The position numbers and the translations under genes are program-made. This document shows positions 13,308 through 23,556 of a stretch of DNA of 64,000 bases, piece by piece (positions within the stretch are counted from its first letter, which is position 1; each line of letters opens with the position of its first letter). Origin of the DNA: Rikenella microfusus (lineage in GTDB: Bacteria > Bacteroidota > Bacteroidia > Bacteroidales > VadinHA17). The stretch covers positions 5,649 to 69,648 of the forward strand of contig DYKN01000013.1 of assembly GCA_020722575.1 (NCBI GenBank), written 5' to 3'. The notes under the pieces were generated by a model that had not been told where the DNA came from, searched no databases, and was given only the letters and a program-made list of their open reading frames with translations.

Positions 13308-13589
13308 ATGCCCAATTTTACTGTAATCCTCAAATTGAATCCTGTTGTAGGAATCATATATCTGGCATTATGGTTATTCAGTATTTTTATTTTTATCAGG
13401 ATTATTATTTCCTGGATTAATCCAGATCCCTATAACAAACTTGTTCTTTTTATAAGTGAGATAACAGATCCTTATCTGAATTTTTTCAGAAGATATACAC
13501 CTATCCAGATTGGTTTTTTTGACCTTTCACCAATTATTGCCATTATCGTCCTTAATATTGCAATGTGGATTGTTGTAAGATTCATCTAA
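13308..13589 (+). CDS. yggT: YggT family membrane protein
   Basis: IISWINPDPYN..ITDPYL..DLSPI; directly follows proC. Confidence 0.9.
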   Translation: MPNFTVILKLNPVVGIIYLALWLFSIFIFIRIIISWINPDPYNKLVLFISEITDPYLNFFRRYTPIQIGFFDLSPIIAIIVLNIAMWIVVRFI

Positions 13590-13594
13590 AAAGA

Positions 13595-14056
13595 CTATAA
13601 ACCGGTTTCTATCTCCCTAATAATCCCTATAATTTCATCGGCACTTTCTGAATGAAGAATTTTTTCACGGACAGAATCATTATTGACAAAAAAAGCGATT
13701 TCTTTCAGCATGGCTATATGCGGTCCAGCTAAGTCTGGAGTTGATAATAACAAGAAAATAATTTTGGCAGGTTGCCCGTCCAACGATTCAAATGGAATCC
13801 CTTCGATAGATAGTCCAATGGCCATTGTCAATTCAGTGACACCTGACGTTTTCCCATGTGGAACTGCAATACCATGTTCCAGACCTGTTGAGCCTTGTTT
13901 TTCACGTTCCCATACATCCTTAATGACAAGTCCTCTATTAATTATTACTCCGTTCTTTTCTAAAAGGATTACAAGTTCCTCAATGGCAGATTGTTTGTCT
14001 CTGGACTCCATCCTCATTTTTACAGTACGTTCATTCACATATTTCAGTAAAGACAT
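13595..14056 (-). CDS. PTS EIIA (fructose/nitrogen type) protein
   Basis: ERE..GSTG...GIAVPHGK containing the phospho-His. Confidence 0.9.
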   Translation of the reverse strand: MSLLKYVNERTVKMRMESRDKQSAIEELVILLEKNGVIINRGLVIKDVWEREKQGSTGLEHGIAVPHGKTSGVTELTMAIGLSIEGIPFESLDGQPAKIIFLLLSTPDLAGPHIAMLKEIAFFVNNDSVREKILHSESADEIIGIIREIETGL

Positions 14057-14084
14057 ATTTAGAAAATCTCCAGGATTATCCTAT

Positions 14085-14927
14085 TTATATTCTAGCAGAC
14101 TCAATGCTGGTTAACAAAATCCCTTTACAACCAAGATTAGAAAGTTTATCCATAACAAGATTCGCCTCATTTTTCTTAACCACTGCTTTGACAGCGAACC
14201 AGTCTTTCTCATGCAGGGAACTTATTGTAGGGGAAGAAAGCCCCGGAGTAATCGAACAAGCATCTTCCAATATTTCTTTGGGGACATCATATTCTATTAA
14301 CATCCACGACATGGCTACAAGCCGGCCTTCCAATCTTTTATGCAAAACATGGACTTCCGGAAGTGATGCACGGCCTGGATGAGCGAAAAGTGCTGCTTGA
14401 GAAAAAAATATGGGGTCACCAAGAATACGAAGTCCTGCCTGCTTCAAGGTAGATCCTGTTTCAACAACATCGACCACAGCATCAGCAACCCCAAGATTTA
14501 CGCTGATTTCAACCGCACCTGTCAACACGATGAGTTCAGGGGGATTATCCACGAAATGTCTTTTTACAATCTGTGGAAAACTTGTAGCGATCCTCTTGTT
14601 CTGAAGTTCTTTTATCTCTTTGTATGGGCTCTCTATCGGGACTGCAGCACAATGCTTTGATGCCCCGTATCCTAAATCAAGCACCTTTTCACAAGGGACT
14701 GCCGCTTCAACAACAAAATCAACGCCAGTCACTCCAGCATCAATAATACCCTTTCCTACATACATTGGGATATCATCAGGCCGAAGAAAAAAGAATTCGA
14801 CTGCATTTTCAATATCTAAGGAACTTAGAGATCGTGAATTTTTAGCAACCTTATATCCGCATGATTTGAAAAGATCCATTGTCGGTTCAAAAAGTTGCCC
14901 TTTATTAGGAAGTGCCACTTTTATCAT
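14085..14927 (-). CDS. hisG: ATP phosphoribosyltransferase (long form)
   Basis: ALPNKG, GAVE, DVVETGSTL, C-terminal regulatory domain PGLSSPT. Confidence 0.96.
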   Translation of the reverse strand: MIKVALPNKGQLFEPTMDLFKSCGYKVAKNSRSLSSLDIENAVEFFFLRPDDIPMYVGKGIIDAGVTGVDFVVEAAVPCEKVLDLGYGASKHCAAVPIESPYKEIKELQNKRIATSFPQIVKRHFVDNPPELIVLTGAVEISVNLGVADAVVDVVETGSTLKQAGLRILGDPIFFSQAALFAHPGRASLPEVHVLHKRLEGRLVAMSWMLIEYDVPKEILEDACSITPGLSSPTISSLHEKDWFAVKAVVKKNEANLVMDKLSNLGCKGILLTSIESARI

Positions 14928-15184
14928 AGTTTATCATAGACCTCATTAATTGATATACCCTTGTCAGCCATCATGACTGCAACATAATACAAGACTTGAG
15001 ATAGTTCCAGAGTGAGATTTTCCTTGGATTCATATCTGGCAGCCATCCAGCTTTCTGCAGCTTCTTCTACAAGTTTTTTCCCAATAGCATGAGTCCCTTG
15101 GTTGAATAAGGCAGTCGTGTTTTTTCCGGCAGGCATTTCCAGCTTTCGTTGCTGGGTTAATTTGACAATTTCTTCAAAGGTCAT
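14924..15184 (-). CDS. hisE: Phosphoribosyl-ATP pyrophosphatase
   Basis: GKKLVEEAAE..ELSQVLY; overlaps the hisG start. Confidence 0.92.
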   Translation of the reverse strand: MTFEEIVKLTQQRKLEMPAGKNTTALFNQGTHAIGKKLVEEAAESWMAARYESKENLTLELSQVLYYVAVMMADKGISINEVYDKL

Positions 15185-15201
15185 TATTCAAACCTTCCTT
15201 A

Positions 15202-15501
15202 TCATGATTTCCTAAAAAGACTTGACCATTTCTGTTTGGTCATATCCGATGTCATCGCTGTGACATGAGACAAATCAGATGATCGAAATTTGAAATACTC
15301 ACAAAAATTAGCCTTGTCTTTTTCAGTAACAAGTTCAGCTTCATCTAAGACACACTGTTTTGACCTTGCCGTGTCATAAAATTTACAATTCAAACATGCA
15401 TGTATAGGGGAATGGCATAAATAACATAAATCTTTCCTCGTTGGAGGATCAACACTTGTCCATTCACTATGACATTTATGACAAAGATACACGAATTTCA
15501 T
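15202..15501 (-). CDS. Small Cys-rich (zinc-binding?) conserved hypothetical protein
   Basis: CxxC, CxxC, CxxC(KFYD), C, ANFCEYF. Confidence 0.7.
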   Translation of the reverse strand: MKFVYLCHKCHSEWTSVDPPTRKDLCYLCHSPIHACLNCKFYDTARSKQCVLDEAELVTEKDKANFCEYFKFRSSDLSHVTAMTSDMTKQKWSSLFRKS

Positions 15502-17134
15502 ATCCTTTGATTCTTTTTGTATTCATAATTGAAACAACCTTTTTTGCATCGGTATGAGGCACATCGACTATTGAAAAATCATCAGCGATATCTATATGTC
15601 CGATACTTCTTCCAGGGATTCCCGTTTCTCCTGTAATCGCACCAACAATATCTGAAGGCCGTATCCCGCTGGATCGTCCTATACTGAACGAAAGCCGTGT
15701 CATGCCTTCCTCATGTGGTCGATTGCCCTTATTACTACTGTGAGAACGTGAAAAAGAGCGACCTCTATCACGGGAGCTGTTATTTTTGGAATTTTGATAA
15801 CGTGATGCCTTATCTTCATAACGGATTTCTTGAACAGGTGTAGGTGGAGGCATCATCATCTTTAATAATACAGCTGCAACATCAAGTGATGAAATTTTAT
15901 CATTCACTAAACGTTCAACCAAGGTAACGTATTTTTCAAGATCCTTATCATCCAAAGCCACCTTGATCTTCTCTATAAGCTGTGATACTTTTATATCTTC
16001 TACATCTTTTTGGGTCGGGGCCTGCATACGCTTGATTTCAATACGTCCATACCGCATAATATCACGGAGTCTATAGACTTCCCGTCCTGAAGCGAAGGTG
16101 AATGCTTTCCCTGCCTTACCGGCTCTTCCTGTGCGTCCTATTCTATGGACATAATACTCCTCATCATTTGGCACATCATAATTAATGACTGCATCAATAT
16201 TGTCTACATCAATTCCCCTTGCAGCGACGTCTGTTGCTACGAGGATTTCGACTGTTCCTTTTCTGAACTTGGCCATAACGCGGTCACGTTGTGTCTGGTT
16301 CATGTCCCCATGTATTCCTTCAGCAAAATATCCTCGGGCTTGGAGATGGGCCACGACTTCATCGACCATACGTTTTGTATTGCAGAAAACCAAAACAAGT
16401 TCCAAGTCATAAACATCGATAATCCGAGTCAATATTTCCATTTTGAAGAAGCTCTTCACTTCATAATAAAACTGATCAATTTTAGGAGCAGATACTTTGT
16501 CATGGACAACCTTGATGACTTGTGGATCATTTTGGAAACGTTTTGTAAGTTCCATAAATTGACGAGGCATCGTAGCTGAAAAAAAGATAGTCTGCCGAGT
16601 CTTTGGAATCGTCTTTAGGATAGTTTCTATATCCTCACGAAAACCCATATCCAGCATCTCATCTGCTTCATCAAGTACTACTTTTGTCACTGTTTCAAGT
16701 CTTAAAGTCTTTCTTTCCAGATGATCCATTACACGTCCAGGTGTTCCAATAATTATCTGCACTCCTCTTTGTAGGGCATGTATCTGTCTTTCAATGGGTT
16801 GCCCCCCATAAACAGGCAGTGTTGTTATGTCTTTCTTATATTTTGATAGGTTTATCAATTCTTCAGCAATCTGTATGGCAAGTTCCCTTGTCGGGCATAA
16901 AACAATGGCCTGTGAACTCCTGTTTTTCCTATCAATCATCTCCAATAAAGGGATACCAAAAGCAGCAGTCTTGCCAGTCCCAGTCTGTGCCTGACCAACA
17001 ACATCTTTTCCTGTCATGATAACAGGGATAGAAAGGGACTGTATTGGGGTGGCTTCTTCAAACCCCATGTCAGTCACTGCTTTCTGAATTTCAGGAGAAA
17101 GGGATAATTCATCAAATCTAAGTTTTTTCATCAT
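15476..17134 (-). CDS. deaD: DEAD-box RNA helicase with DbpA-type C-terminal RNA-binding domain
   Basis: Q motif GFEEATPIQ, AQTGTGKT, DEAD, SAT, HRIGRTGR. Confidence 0.93.
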   Translation of the reverse strand: MMKKLRFDELSLSPEIQKAVTDMGFEEATPIQSLSIPVIMTGKDVVGQAQTGTGKTAAFGIPLLEMIDRKNRSSQAIVLCPTRELAIQIAEELINLSKYKKDITTLPVYGGQPIERQIHALQRGVQIIIGTPGRVMDHLERKTLRLETVTKVVLDEADEMLDMGFREDIETILKTIPKTRQTIFFSATMPRQFMELTKRFQNDPQVIKVVHDKVSAPKIDQFYYEVKSFFKMEILTRIIDVYDLELVLVFCNTKRMVDEVVAHLQARGYFAEGIHGDMNQTQRDRVMAKFRKGTVEILVATDVAARGIDVDNIDAVINYDVPNDEEYYVHRIGRTGRAGKAGKAFTFASGREVYRLRDIMRYGRIEIKRMQAPTQKDVEDIKVSQLIEKIKVALDDKDLEKYVTLVERLVNDKISSLDVAAVLLKMMMPPPTPVQEIRYEDKASRYQNSKNNSSRDRGRSFSRSHSSNKGNRPHEEGMTRLSFSIGRSSGIRPSDIVGAITGETGIPGRSIGHIDIADDFSIVDVPHTDAKKVVSIMNTKRIKGYEIRVSLS

Positions 17135-17142
17135 TCCTCATA

Positions 17143-17811
17143 TTAAAAAACAATCAAATATGTAGATACAGCAAATAATGTCTGTGCTGAAAAATAAGTA
17201 GAAAGTATATATAAAGCATTATTAGGAATCCTTATCCTGAATTTATCTAAAGCCAGAATCATATCAGAGATATAAAACAAGCCAGCTCCAATAACAAGAA
17301 GAAGTGAAGGTATGATATCGACATGTTTTTGAAACATGACAGCGACTGCGCGGGAAACCATGAACATGACGATAAGAGAATAGACCGCAACAGGGATTCT
17401 CATTGATCCCAACCCTTTATACAAGAAAACATAAACAGCTGAAGCAATAACCAGCAAAAGGAAACTTGGAAAGATATCTGAACCAGAAAAAGGTGTCAAA
17501 GATAGAAAAGCAATGGAATAGACCATCTGTGCAATAAGAAATGAGATGAGTCCTATAATGAATGGCTTATCCCCTTTGAACATCAAAGCAATATCTCCAC
17601 CTAATGAAAACGTAAGACCTATCAATACTAAAAATACATATCCATGGTTGATGTTTGGCTGTATAAATGAAAATATGCATAATAAAACAATCAGTAAAGT
17701 AGTAAAAGGCTTATAAAAGTAAAGTTTTTGAGTGTTATTTGAGATATCAGATAAAACAGTTTTTATTGCAGAAAAAAGTATGAATGGTAGAATCAAAAAC
17801 TGGATAGGCAT
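17143..17811 (-). CDS. YhhN/lysoplasmalogenase family membrane protein
   Basis: KP, GD(IAL), FYISD, TYFSAQ; multi-TM. Likely start MPIQF at 17811. Confidence 0.88.
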   Translation of the reverse strand: MPIQFLILPFILFSAIKTVLSDISNNTQKLYFYKPFTTLLIVLLCIFSFIQPNINHGYVFLVLIGLTFSLGGDIALMFKGDKPFIIGLISFLIAQMVYSIAFLSLTPFSGSDIFPSFLLLVIASAVYVFLYKGLGSMRIPVAVYSLIVMFMVSRAVAVMFQKHVDIIPSLLLVIGAGLFYISDMILALDKFRIRIPNNALYILSTYFSAQTLFAVSTYLIVF

Positions 17812-17923
17812 AAAGACATCCTTGAAAACTTTATTTATGAAGATATTCATTTATTAGCATATTGTCAAGACAAATGAATTCTGTCAATAGTTTTGATCGA
17901 AGATCAGCTACAAGAGCCTAAAA

Positions 17924-19609
17924 TCATCTCACAAGAGGTTTATATCGGATCCGATGAGGTTGATCAGTATCTATTCCTAGTCTCTTATGCTTATCTTCCT
18001 CATAATCAGCAAAATTGCCTTCAAACCATACGACTTTGCCGTCATCTTCAAACGCAAGGATATGCGTTGCTACCCTGTCTAAAAACCACCTGTCATGACT
18101 GATTATGACCGCACATCCAGCAAAATTCTCTATGGCTTCTTCTAATGCACGCAGGGTATTGACGTCCAAGTCATTGGTCGGTTCATCGAGTAAAAGGACA
18201 TTAGCACCAGTCTTTAATATTCTTGCGAGATGCACCCTGTTCCGCTCTCCTCCTGAAAGGACTTTAACAGTCTTCTGCTGGTCTTGTCCAGAAAAGTTAA
18301 ACCTGGCAGCATACGCTCGTGCTGGGACTTCAATGTCACCAAGTTTGACAATATCCTGAGAATCAGATATGGCTTCCCATACGGTCTTATTATTATCCAA
18401 TGAATCACGTGACTGGTCAACATAAGCAAGTTTGACAGTGTCTCCTATACGAATCTCTCCGGAGTCAGGTTTTTCCTGCCCTGTTATTAGCTTGAATAAT
18501 GTCGTTTTCCCAGCTCCATTTGGGCCTATGATTCCGATAACACCACCAGGGGGAAGTTTAAATGTAAGATTCTCATACAATAATTTGTCACCAAAAGACT
18601 TGGACACATTTTTCGTTTCAATGACAATGTTACCAAGTCTTGGTCCTGGTGGAATAAAAATTTCCATTTCTTCATTGCGTTGTTCAGATTGCTGTTCAAG
18701 AAGTTTCTCATAAGCCGCTAATCTAGCTTTGCTCTTTGCTTGACGCGCTTTAGGTGAACTTCTCACCCACTCCAACTCACGTGCCAGAGTTTTTTGAAGC
18801 TTAGATTCAGTCTTAGCTTCCTGTTCTAACCTGTTCCTTTTCTGTTCCAACCAGGAGGAATAATTCCCTTCAAATGGGATTCCTTCTCCTCTATCCAGTT
18901 CAAGGATCCAGCCCGCTACATTATCAAGAAAATACCTGTCATGAGTTACAGCAATGACAGTTCCTTCATATTTCTGGAGATGCTTTTCCAACCATTGAAT
19001 TGATTCAGCATCTAAATGGTTTGTTGGTTCATCTAAAAGTAAGACATCTGGTTTCTTTAAAAGAAGCCTGCACAAAGCGACACGACGTTTTTCACCACCT
19101 GAAATGACAGATACACTGGTATCAGGATTGGGACATCGTAAAGAATCCATGGCCATATCCAATCTGCTATCAATATCCCATATTTCATATTTATCCATCT
19201 GCTCCTGAAGGTTCCCCTGCTCTTCTATTAATTTTTCCATTTCATCAGGACTGATGTCTTCTCCTAATTTTTCTCCTATTGCTTCATACCTGTGCCTGAT
19301 ATCAATCAATTCTTGTACGCCTTCTTCAACAACCTGACGCACTGTTTTTGAAGGATCGAGCTGAGGCTCTTGTTCCAAATATCCAACTGAAAACCCTTTT
19401 GTAAATTCGATTTCTCCTGTATAGCCAGTGTCGATACCAGCGAGAATCCTGAGCAGACTACTTTTCCCTGCCCCATTCAGACCAAGCACTCCAATTTTGG
19501 CTCCATAATAATAAGAAAGCCAGATATTTTTTAAGACTTGTTTTTGGGGAGGATGGACACGACTCACATCCTTCATCGTACATATAATTCTCTTTGTATC
19601 TTTGCTCAT
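17924..19609 (-). CDS. ettA: Energy-dependent translational throttle ABC-F ATPase
   Basis: Two ABC domains; GAKIGVLGLNGAGKS, ELEWVRSSPKARQAKSKARL, PHRIRYKPL. Confidence 0.96.
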   Translation of the reverse strand: MSKDTKRIICTMKDVSRVHPPQKQVLKNIWLSYYYGAKIGVLGLNGAGKSSLLRILAGIDTGYTGEIEFTKGFSVGYLEQEPQLDPSKTVRQVVEEGVQELIDIRHRYEAIGEKLGEDISPDEMEKLIEEQGNLQEQMDKYEIWDIDSRLDMAMDSLRCPNPDTSVSVISGGEKRRVALCRLLLKKPDVLLLDEPTNHLDAESIQWLEKHLQKYEGTVIAVTHDRYFLDNVAGWILELDRGEGIPFEGNYSSWLEQKRNRLEQEAKTESKLQKTLARELEWVRSSPKARQAKSKARLAAYEKLLEQQSEQRNEEMEIFIPPGPRLGNIVIETKNVSKSFGDKLLYENLTFKLPPGGVIGIIGPNGAGKTTLFKLITGQEKPDSGEIRIGDTVKLAYVDQSRDSLDNNKTVWEAISDSQDIVKLGDIEVPARAYAARFNFSGQDQQKTVKVLSGGERNRVHLARILKTGANVLLLDEPTNDLDVNTLRALEEAIENFAGCAVIISHDRWFLDRVATHILAFEDDGKVVWFEGNFADYEEDKHKRLGIDTDQPHRIRYKPLVR

Positions 19610-19693
19610 TGGTCGACATCCTCATATAAATTAGAAAGGTTTAGAAAGATAACATTAATTATGGATAAAAGCAAAAGAAAAATCTTCATTCAA

Positions 19694-20779
19694 TCAATGA
19701 TAAATATGACCCGCCAAAATACGTGCAAAAGGGTTTGTCAGTTCATATCGTTCCAAAATAATCTTAAGAATGGCAGTCATGGGAACAGCCATGAGCATAC
19801 CAGGGATTCCCCATAAAAAACCCCATAATAAAAGGGAAAGCAAAACAACAACAGGATGAAGCCCTAGTGATTCCCCCATCAAACGTGGTTCAATGAGATT
19901 ACCAATTGTAAACTGAATGGAACCAGGAATGATTAACGTGAGAAATAATTGCCAACTGGGTCCAAACTGCATAAGTGCAACAGGAAGAGGCAGGAGCACA
20001 GCTATTATGGAACCTATACTGGGAATGAAATTAAGAAGGAAAGCCAACAATCCAAATAAAAGTGCAAAATCCACTCCCATTATGAAAAGGACGAGTGCGG
20101 TCAATGCTCCAGTCGCTATAGAAACAAGGAATTTCGTAGCGAGATATTTTGCAATCTTGTCATTGATTTTATACGACATACTTTCAGGATGTTCTATGAT
20201 TTTTCGTTTTAACTTAGTGCCTGCAATTAAAAAGATAAAAAAAAGAACGACTAATATGGTTTTACCAAAAAATCCGACAATCCCTGTAGAAACACTTTTT
20301 GCCCATGAAAGAAAAGGCAGTTTCCTGTAATAATCAATGATTGTCGTAGAATCAACGACTATCCCTGCTGGTGCAAGCAATGAATTGATAAAATCTATTA
20401 CTGTACTTGTAAATTCTATCAGTTTATTTTGGTACTGATCTAAACTGCTTATGACACCCGAAAAAGAAGTTATCACCAGTAGTATGATCAAAGTCGCCAC
20501 AAGAAGAGCTGAAAAAAAAGTCAATAACAATGAAATCATCCTGGGAATACGCATAGAATGCTGGAACCAATTCACTAATGGAGCCATTGCATAATAGATG
20601 AATACAGCAATAACAAAAGGCACCAAAATATCTCTTGTTAGGTTAAAAATGAAAAGAAGCACACTGAAGGACAAGAACAGGAGACATATGACTTTGATCT
20701 TCTCCCAATCTATGATTTTAAATGATTGGGAGACTGTTGTCACATCATGTTTCTTGATTTCTTTTTTCTTAACTGCCAT
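19694..20779 (-). CDS. AI-2E family transporter
   Basis: Multi-TM; FLLNFIPSIGS, EPRLMGESLGLHP, GMLMAVP. Confidence 0.9.
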   Translation of the reverse strand: MAVKKKEIKKHDVTTVSQSFKIIDWEKIKVICLLFLSFSVLLFIFNLTRDILVPFVIAVFIYYAMAPLVNWFQHSMRIPRMISLLLTFFSALLVATLIILLVITSFSGVISSLDQYQNKLIEFTSTVIDFINSLLAPAGIVVDSTTIIDYYRKLPFLSWAKSVSTGIVGFFGKTILVVLFFIFLIAGTKLKRKIIEHPESMSYKINDKIAKYLATKFLVSIATGALTALVLFIMGVDFALLFGLLAFLLNFIPSIGSIIAVLLPLPVALMQFGPSWQLFLTLIIPGSIQFTIGNLIEPRLMGESLGLHPVVVLLSLLLWGFLWGIPGMLMAVPMTAILKIILERYELTNPFARILAGHIYH

Positions 20780-20803
20780 GATTTCTCCTATTAGATCAAA
20801 AGA

Positions 20804-23179
20804 CTATGTTTCTTGATAAACAATATTTTCACCGCTGTTTAGAAAAACAGATTTTCCCTCTTTCTCAAAACATACATCAGTACCTTTTAAAACAAGAACA
20901 GTACATCTGTTTTTCTCTAAATTGACTTGTAATAAACTTTTGTTCCTTTTTAACTTGAATGATACGGATTTCCAGTCTAAAGGCAATTTTGGAATAAAAT
21001 ATATCGATTCTCCTTTATCGACAAATCCTGCAAAACCATAAACAATAACCGCCCATACTCCAGCAGCAGACGCGACATGCACACCATCTGCCGTATTCCC
21101 GTGTAAATCCATCAAATCCAAGTATAAAGCTCGTTGAAAATATTGTGCGGCCAATTCCTTATATCCAATCTGTGCTGCAACAATGGATTGCACACAAACA
21201 GACAATGACGAATCGCCTGTCGTTATAGGATCATAAAAATCAAAATCTCGCCTTTTTTCCTCTATCGAAAACATCTCTCCATGAAGAAAAAGGGCTAAAA
21301 CAACATCTGCCTGTTTAAGGACTTGGTGTCTATATATAACCAAAGGATGGTAATGAAGTAATAATGGAAACTTTTCCTGTGGTGTATCCTTAAAATTCCA
21401 TGGTTCCAGATCGAGAAAGTTAGCATCTTGTGGATGAATTTTCCTTTTTTCGTCGTATGGCAGGTACATCAGCTCAGAAGCTTTTCTCCATTTTTCCAGC
21501 TCTTCTGAACTAAGTCCCGTTTCACGGCAGAGCGCTTCATAAATCTCAGGTTTTTTTTCTTTGATAGATTGCATGGTTTTCATTGCATAATCGAGATTGA
21601 ATCTTGCCATTACATTCGTATAAAAATTATCATTCACCACTGTCGTATATTCATCTGGACCAGTTACACGATGTATATGAAATGATGTTTTCCCCTGTTC
21701 TTCAGAGAAAAAACCAAGATCCTCCCAAAGACGGGCAGTTTCAATCAGGATATGAGCTCCTTCTTTTGATAGGAAATCAAAATCACCAGTTGCATTATAA
21801 TATTTTTTTAAAGCATAGGCTATAGCGGCGTTTATGTGATATTGGGCTGTTCCTGCGGCATAATAGGCTGATGCTTCCTGTCCATTGATTGTCCTCCAGG
21901 GATATAACGCCCCTTTTTGATTCAATTCTTTTGCACGTTCCCTGGCAGATGGTAGCATTTGCCATCTGAATCTCAATAGTTTCCTTGCCATTTCAGGATT
22001 TGTATATGCTAAAAAAGGCAACAGGTAGATTTCAGTATCCCAAAAATAATGACCTTCATAGGCAGAACTTGTGACCCCTTTTGCAGCAATCCCATTTTCC
22101 TGGGCTCTTCCTGTAGCTTGAGCAAGTTGAAACAGGTTCCACCTGATTGCTTGTTGAGACTGCAAATCCCCATCAATCTCAATATCACTGTTCTCCCAAA
22201 ACTCAGCCAACCATTGTTTTTGTCCATCGAATAGTTTCTTAGATCCATCTGCAGAGGCACATTCCAGTGTTCGTTGACAACGATCGGCAAGTTCTTCTGC
22301 AGGTACTCCTGTTGATGTATGATAGGCGACAAGTTTGACTATTTTTAAAGACTGCCCTTTTTCCAACTGGACTTTTATTACTGATTTTGCATAATCCTTG
22401 TTTACCATATTCTCAATTTTATACTCAGACGGAGCTGCTACAAGATGCCTGTAACCACAGGCTATTGTCATCTTACTATTATTACATCTATATCCTAGAA
22501 TAATATCATCTTTTTCATGTCTTTGCAGACGTGGCTCCAGGACCCTATGATCAAATCTACTGGCTTTGCGAGGATCAGTTCCTTCTCCTAAAGCAGCCGA
22601 AGGAACATAGTATTCATCCTCTCCATCCTGACGGTTTAATAGTTGTGATGATATGACAATAGAAGCCTTATGATCCAACGTTCTAACTTCATAAGTCATC
22701 ATAGCAAGATGACGGTGTTCAAAACTCACCATACGTTGGGATTTGATGGAAATACGGCGTCCTGCAGGGGTTCTCCACTCTATGTTCCTTGATAATACAC
22801 CACTTCTAAAATCCAAGACACGCTCATATTCATCTAAATCAGCATGTGACAAAAGAAAGGGTTCATCATCAACATACAATTTGATCAGTTTAGCATCAGG
22901 TACATTGACAATAGTCTGGCCGATTTTTGCATAACCAAACGCTTCTTCTGCATGTTTGATACGCCATGTCTCATGAAATCCATTGATAAAAGTACCATGT
23001 GTATGCGCTTCCCTACCTTCTTCAGGATTGGCTCGCATTCCTATATATCCATTGGCTACAGTAAAAAGTGTTTCGGTCTTGCCATAGTCTGAATTTGAAA
23101 AACTATTTTCAATGATTTTCCATGGATCCACAGGGAATCGATATGTATCCATTCCGTAATTCTTTAATGGATGGTTCAT
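20804..23179 (-). CDS. Glycoside hydrolase family 65 (trehalose/maltose/kojibiose phosphorylase-like)
   Basis: YEGHYFWDTE, YPWRTING, GPDEY, KQAD, DSSLS. Confidence 0.95.
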   Translation of the reverse strand: MNHPLKNYGMDTYRFPVDPWKIIENSFSNSDYGKTETLFTVANGYIGMRANPEEGREAHTHGTFINGFHETWRIKHAEEAFGYAKIGQTIVNVPDAKLIKLYVDDEPFLLSHADLDEYERVLDFRSGVLSRNIEWRTPAGRRISIKSQRMVSFEHRHLAMMTYEVRTLDHKASIVISSQLLNRQDGEDEYYVPSAALGEGTDPRKASRFDHRVLEPRLQRHEKDDIILGYRCNNSKMTIACGYRHLVAAPSEYKIENMVNKDYAKSVIKVQLEKGQSLKIVKLVAYHTSTGVPAEELADRCQRTLECASADGSKKLFDGQKQWLAEFWENSDIEIDGDLQSQQAIRWNLFQLAQATGRAQENGIAAKGVTSSAYEGHYFWDTEIYLLPFLAYTNPEMARKLLRFRWQMLPSARERAKELNQKGALYPWRTINGQEASAYYAAGTAQYHINAAIAYALKKYYNATGDFDFLSKEGAHILIETARLWEDLGFFSEEQGKTSFHIHRVTGPDEYTTVVNDNFYTNVMARFNLDYAMKTMQSIKEKKPEIYEALCRETGLSSEELEKWRKASELMYLPYDEKRKIHPQDANFLDLEPWNFKDTPQEKFPLLLHYHPLVIYRHQVLKQADVVLALFLHGEMFSIEEKRRDFDFYDPITTGDSSLSVCVQSIVAAQIGYKELAAQYFQRALYLDLMDLHGNTADGVHVASAAGVWAVIVYGFAGFVDKGESIYFIPKLPLDWKSVSFKLKRNKSLLQVNLEKNRCTVLVLKGTDVCFEKEGKSVFLNSGENIVYQET

Positions 23180-23212
23180 GAAAACCTCCCATTTAAACTG
23201 AATTTCATATAT

Positions 23213-23241
23213 AATATATTCATATCAGAAGACCTTGTCAA
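23213..23241 (-). promoter_or_regulatory. Putative sigma70 promoter of the GH65 gene
   Basis: TTGACA-N17-TATATT. Confidence 0.6.
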
Positions 23242-23292
23242 ATTATGTTAAACGGTTCCTATTTTGCTCAAGATAATTATTCCTTTTTACTT

Positions 23293-23556
23293 TCATCCCA
23301 ATCCCAAAAAAATTCTTTGATGTAATCCTTCTTCATCACGTGCCGGAGTCATCATCCAGACATCTTGGACAGCAGGTCCGTTTAAAGAATCATCAAAACC
23401 CAGGAAAAACCATCCTGCATTCCCATACAATAAATTGCTTAGATGACAATCCCCATGAATACAATGCAAGGGAATACCCCTTGATTCCATGGAATATAAA
23501 ATGTGTTCCATCATTTATTCTGGAATCATAGAATGAGGATGTCTGAATCTCAGGTC
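23293..23556 (-). pseudogene. Remnant of an SrkA/RdoA (APH-like) stress kinase
   Basis: IHGDCHLSNLL catalytic loop, GFDD (normally DFDD), GPAVQDVWM. About 70 aa survive, with an in-frame TAA just upstream and no N-lobe. Confidence 0.8.
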
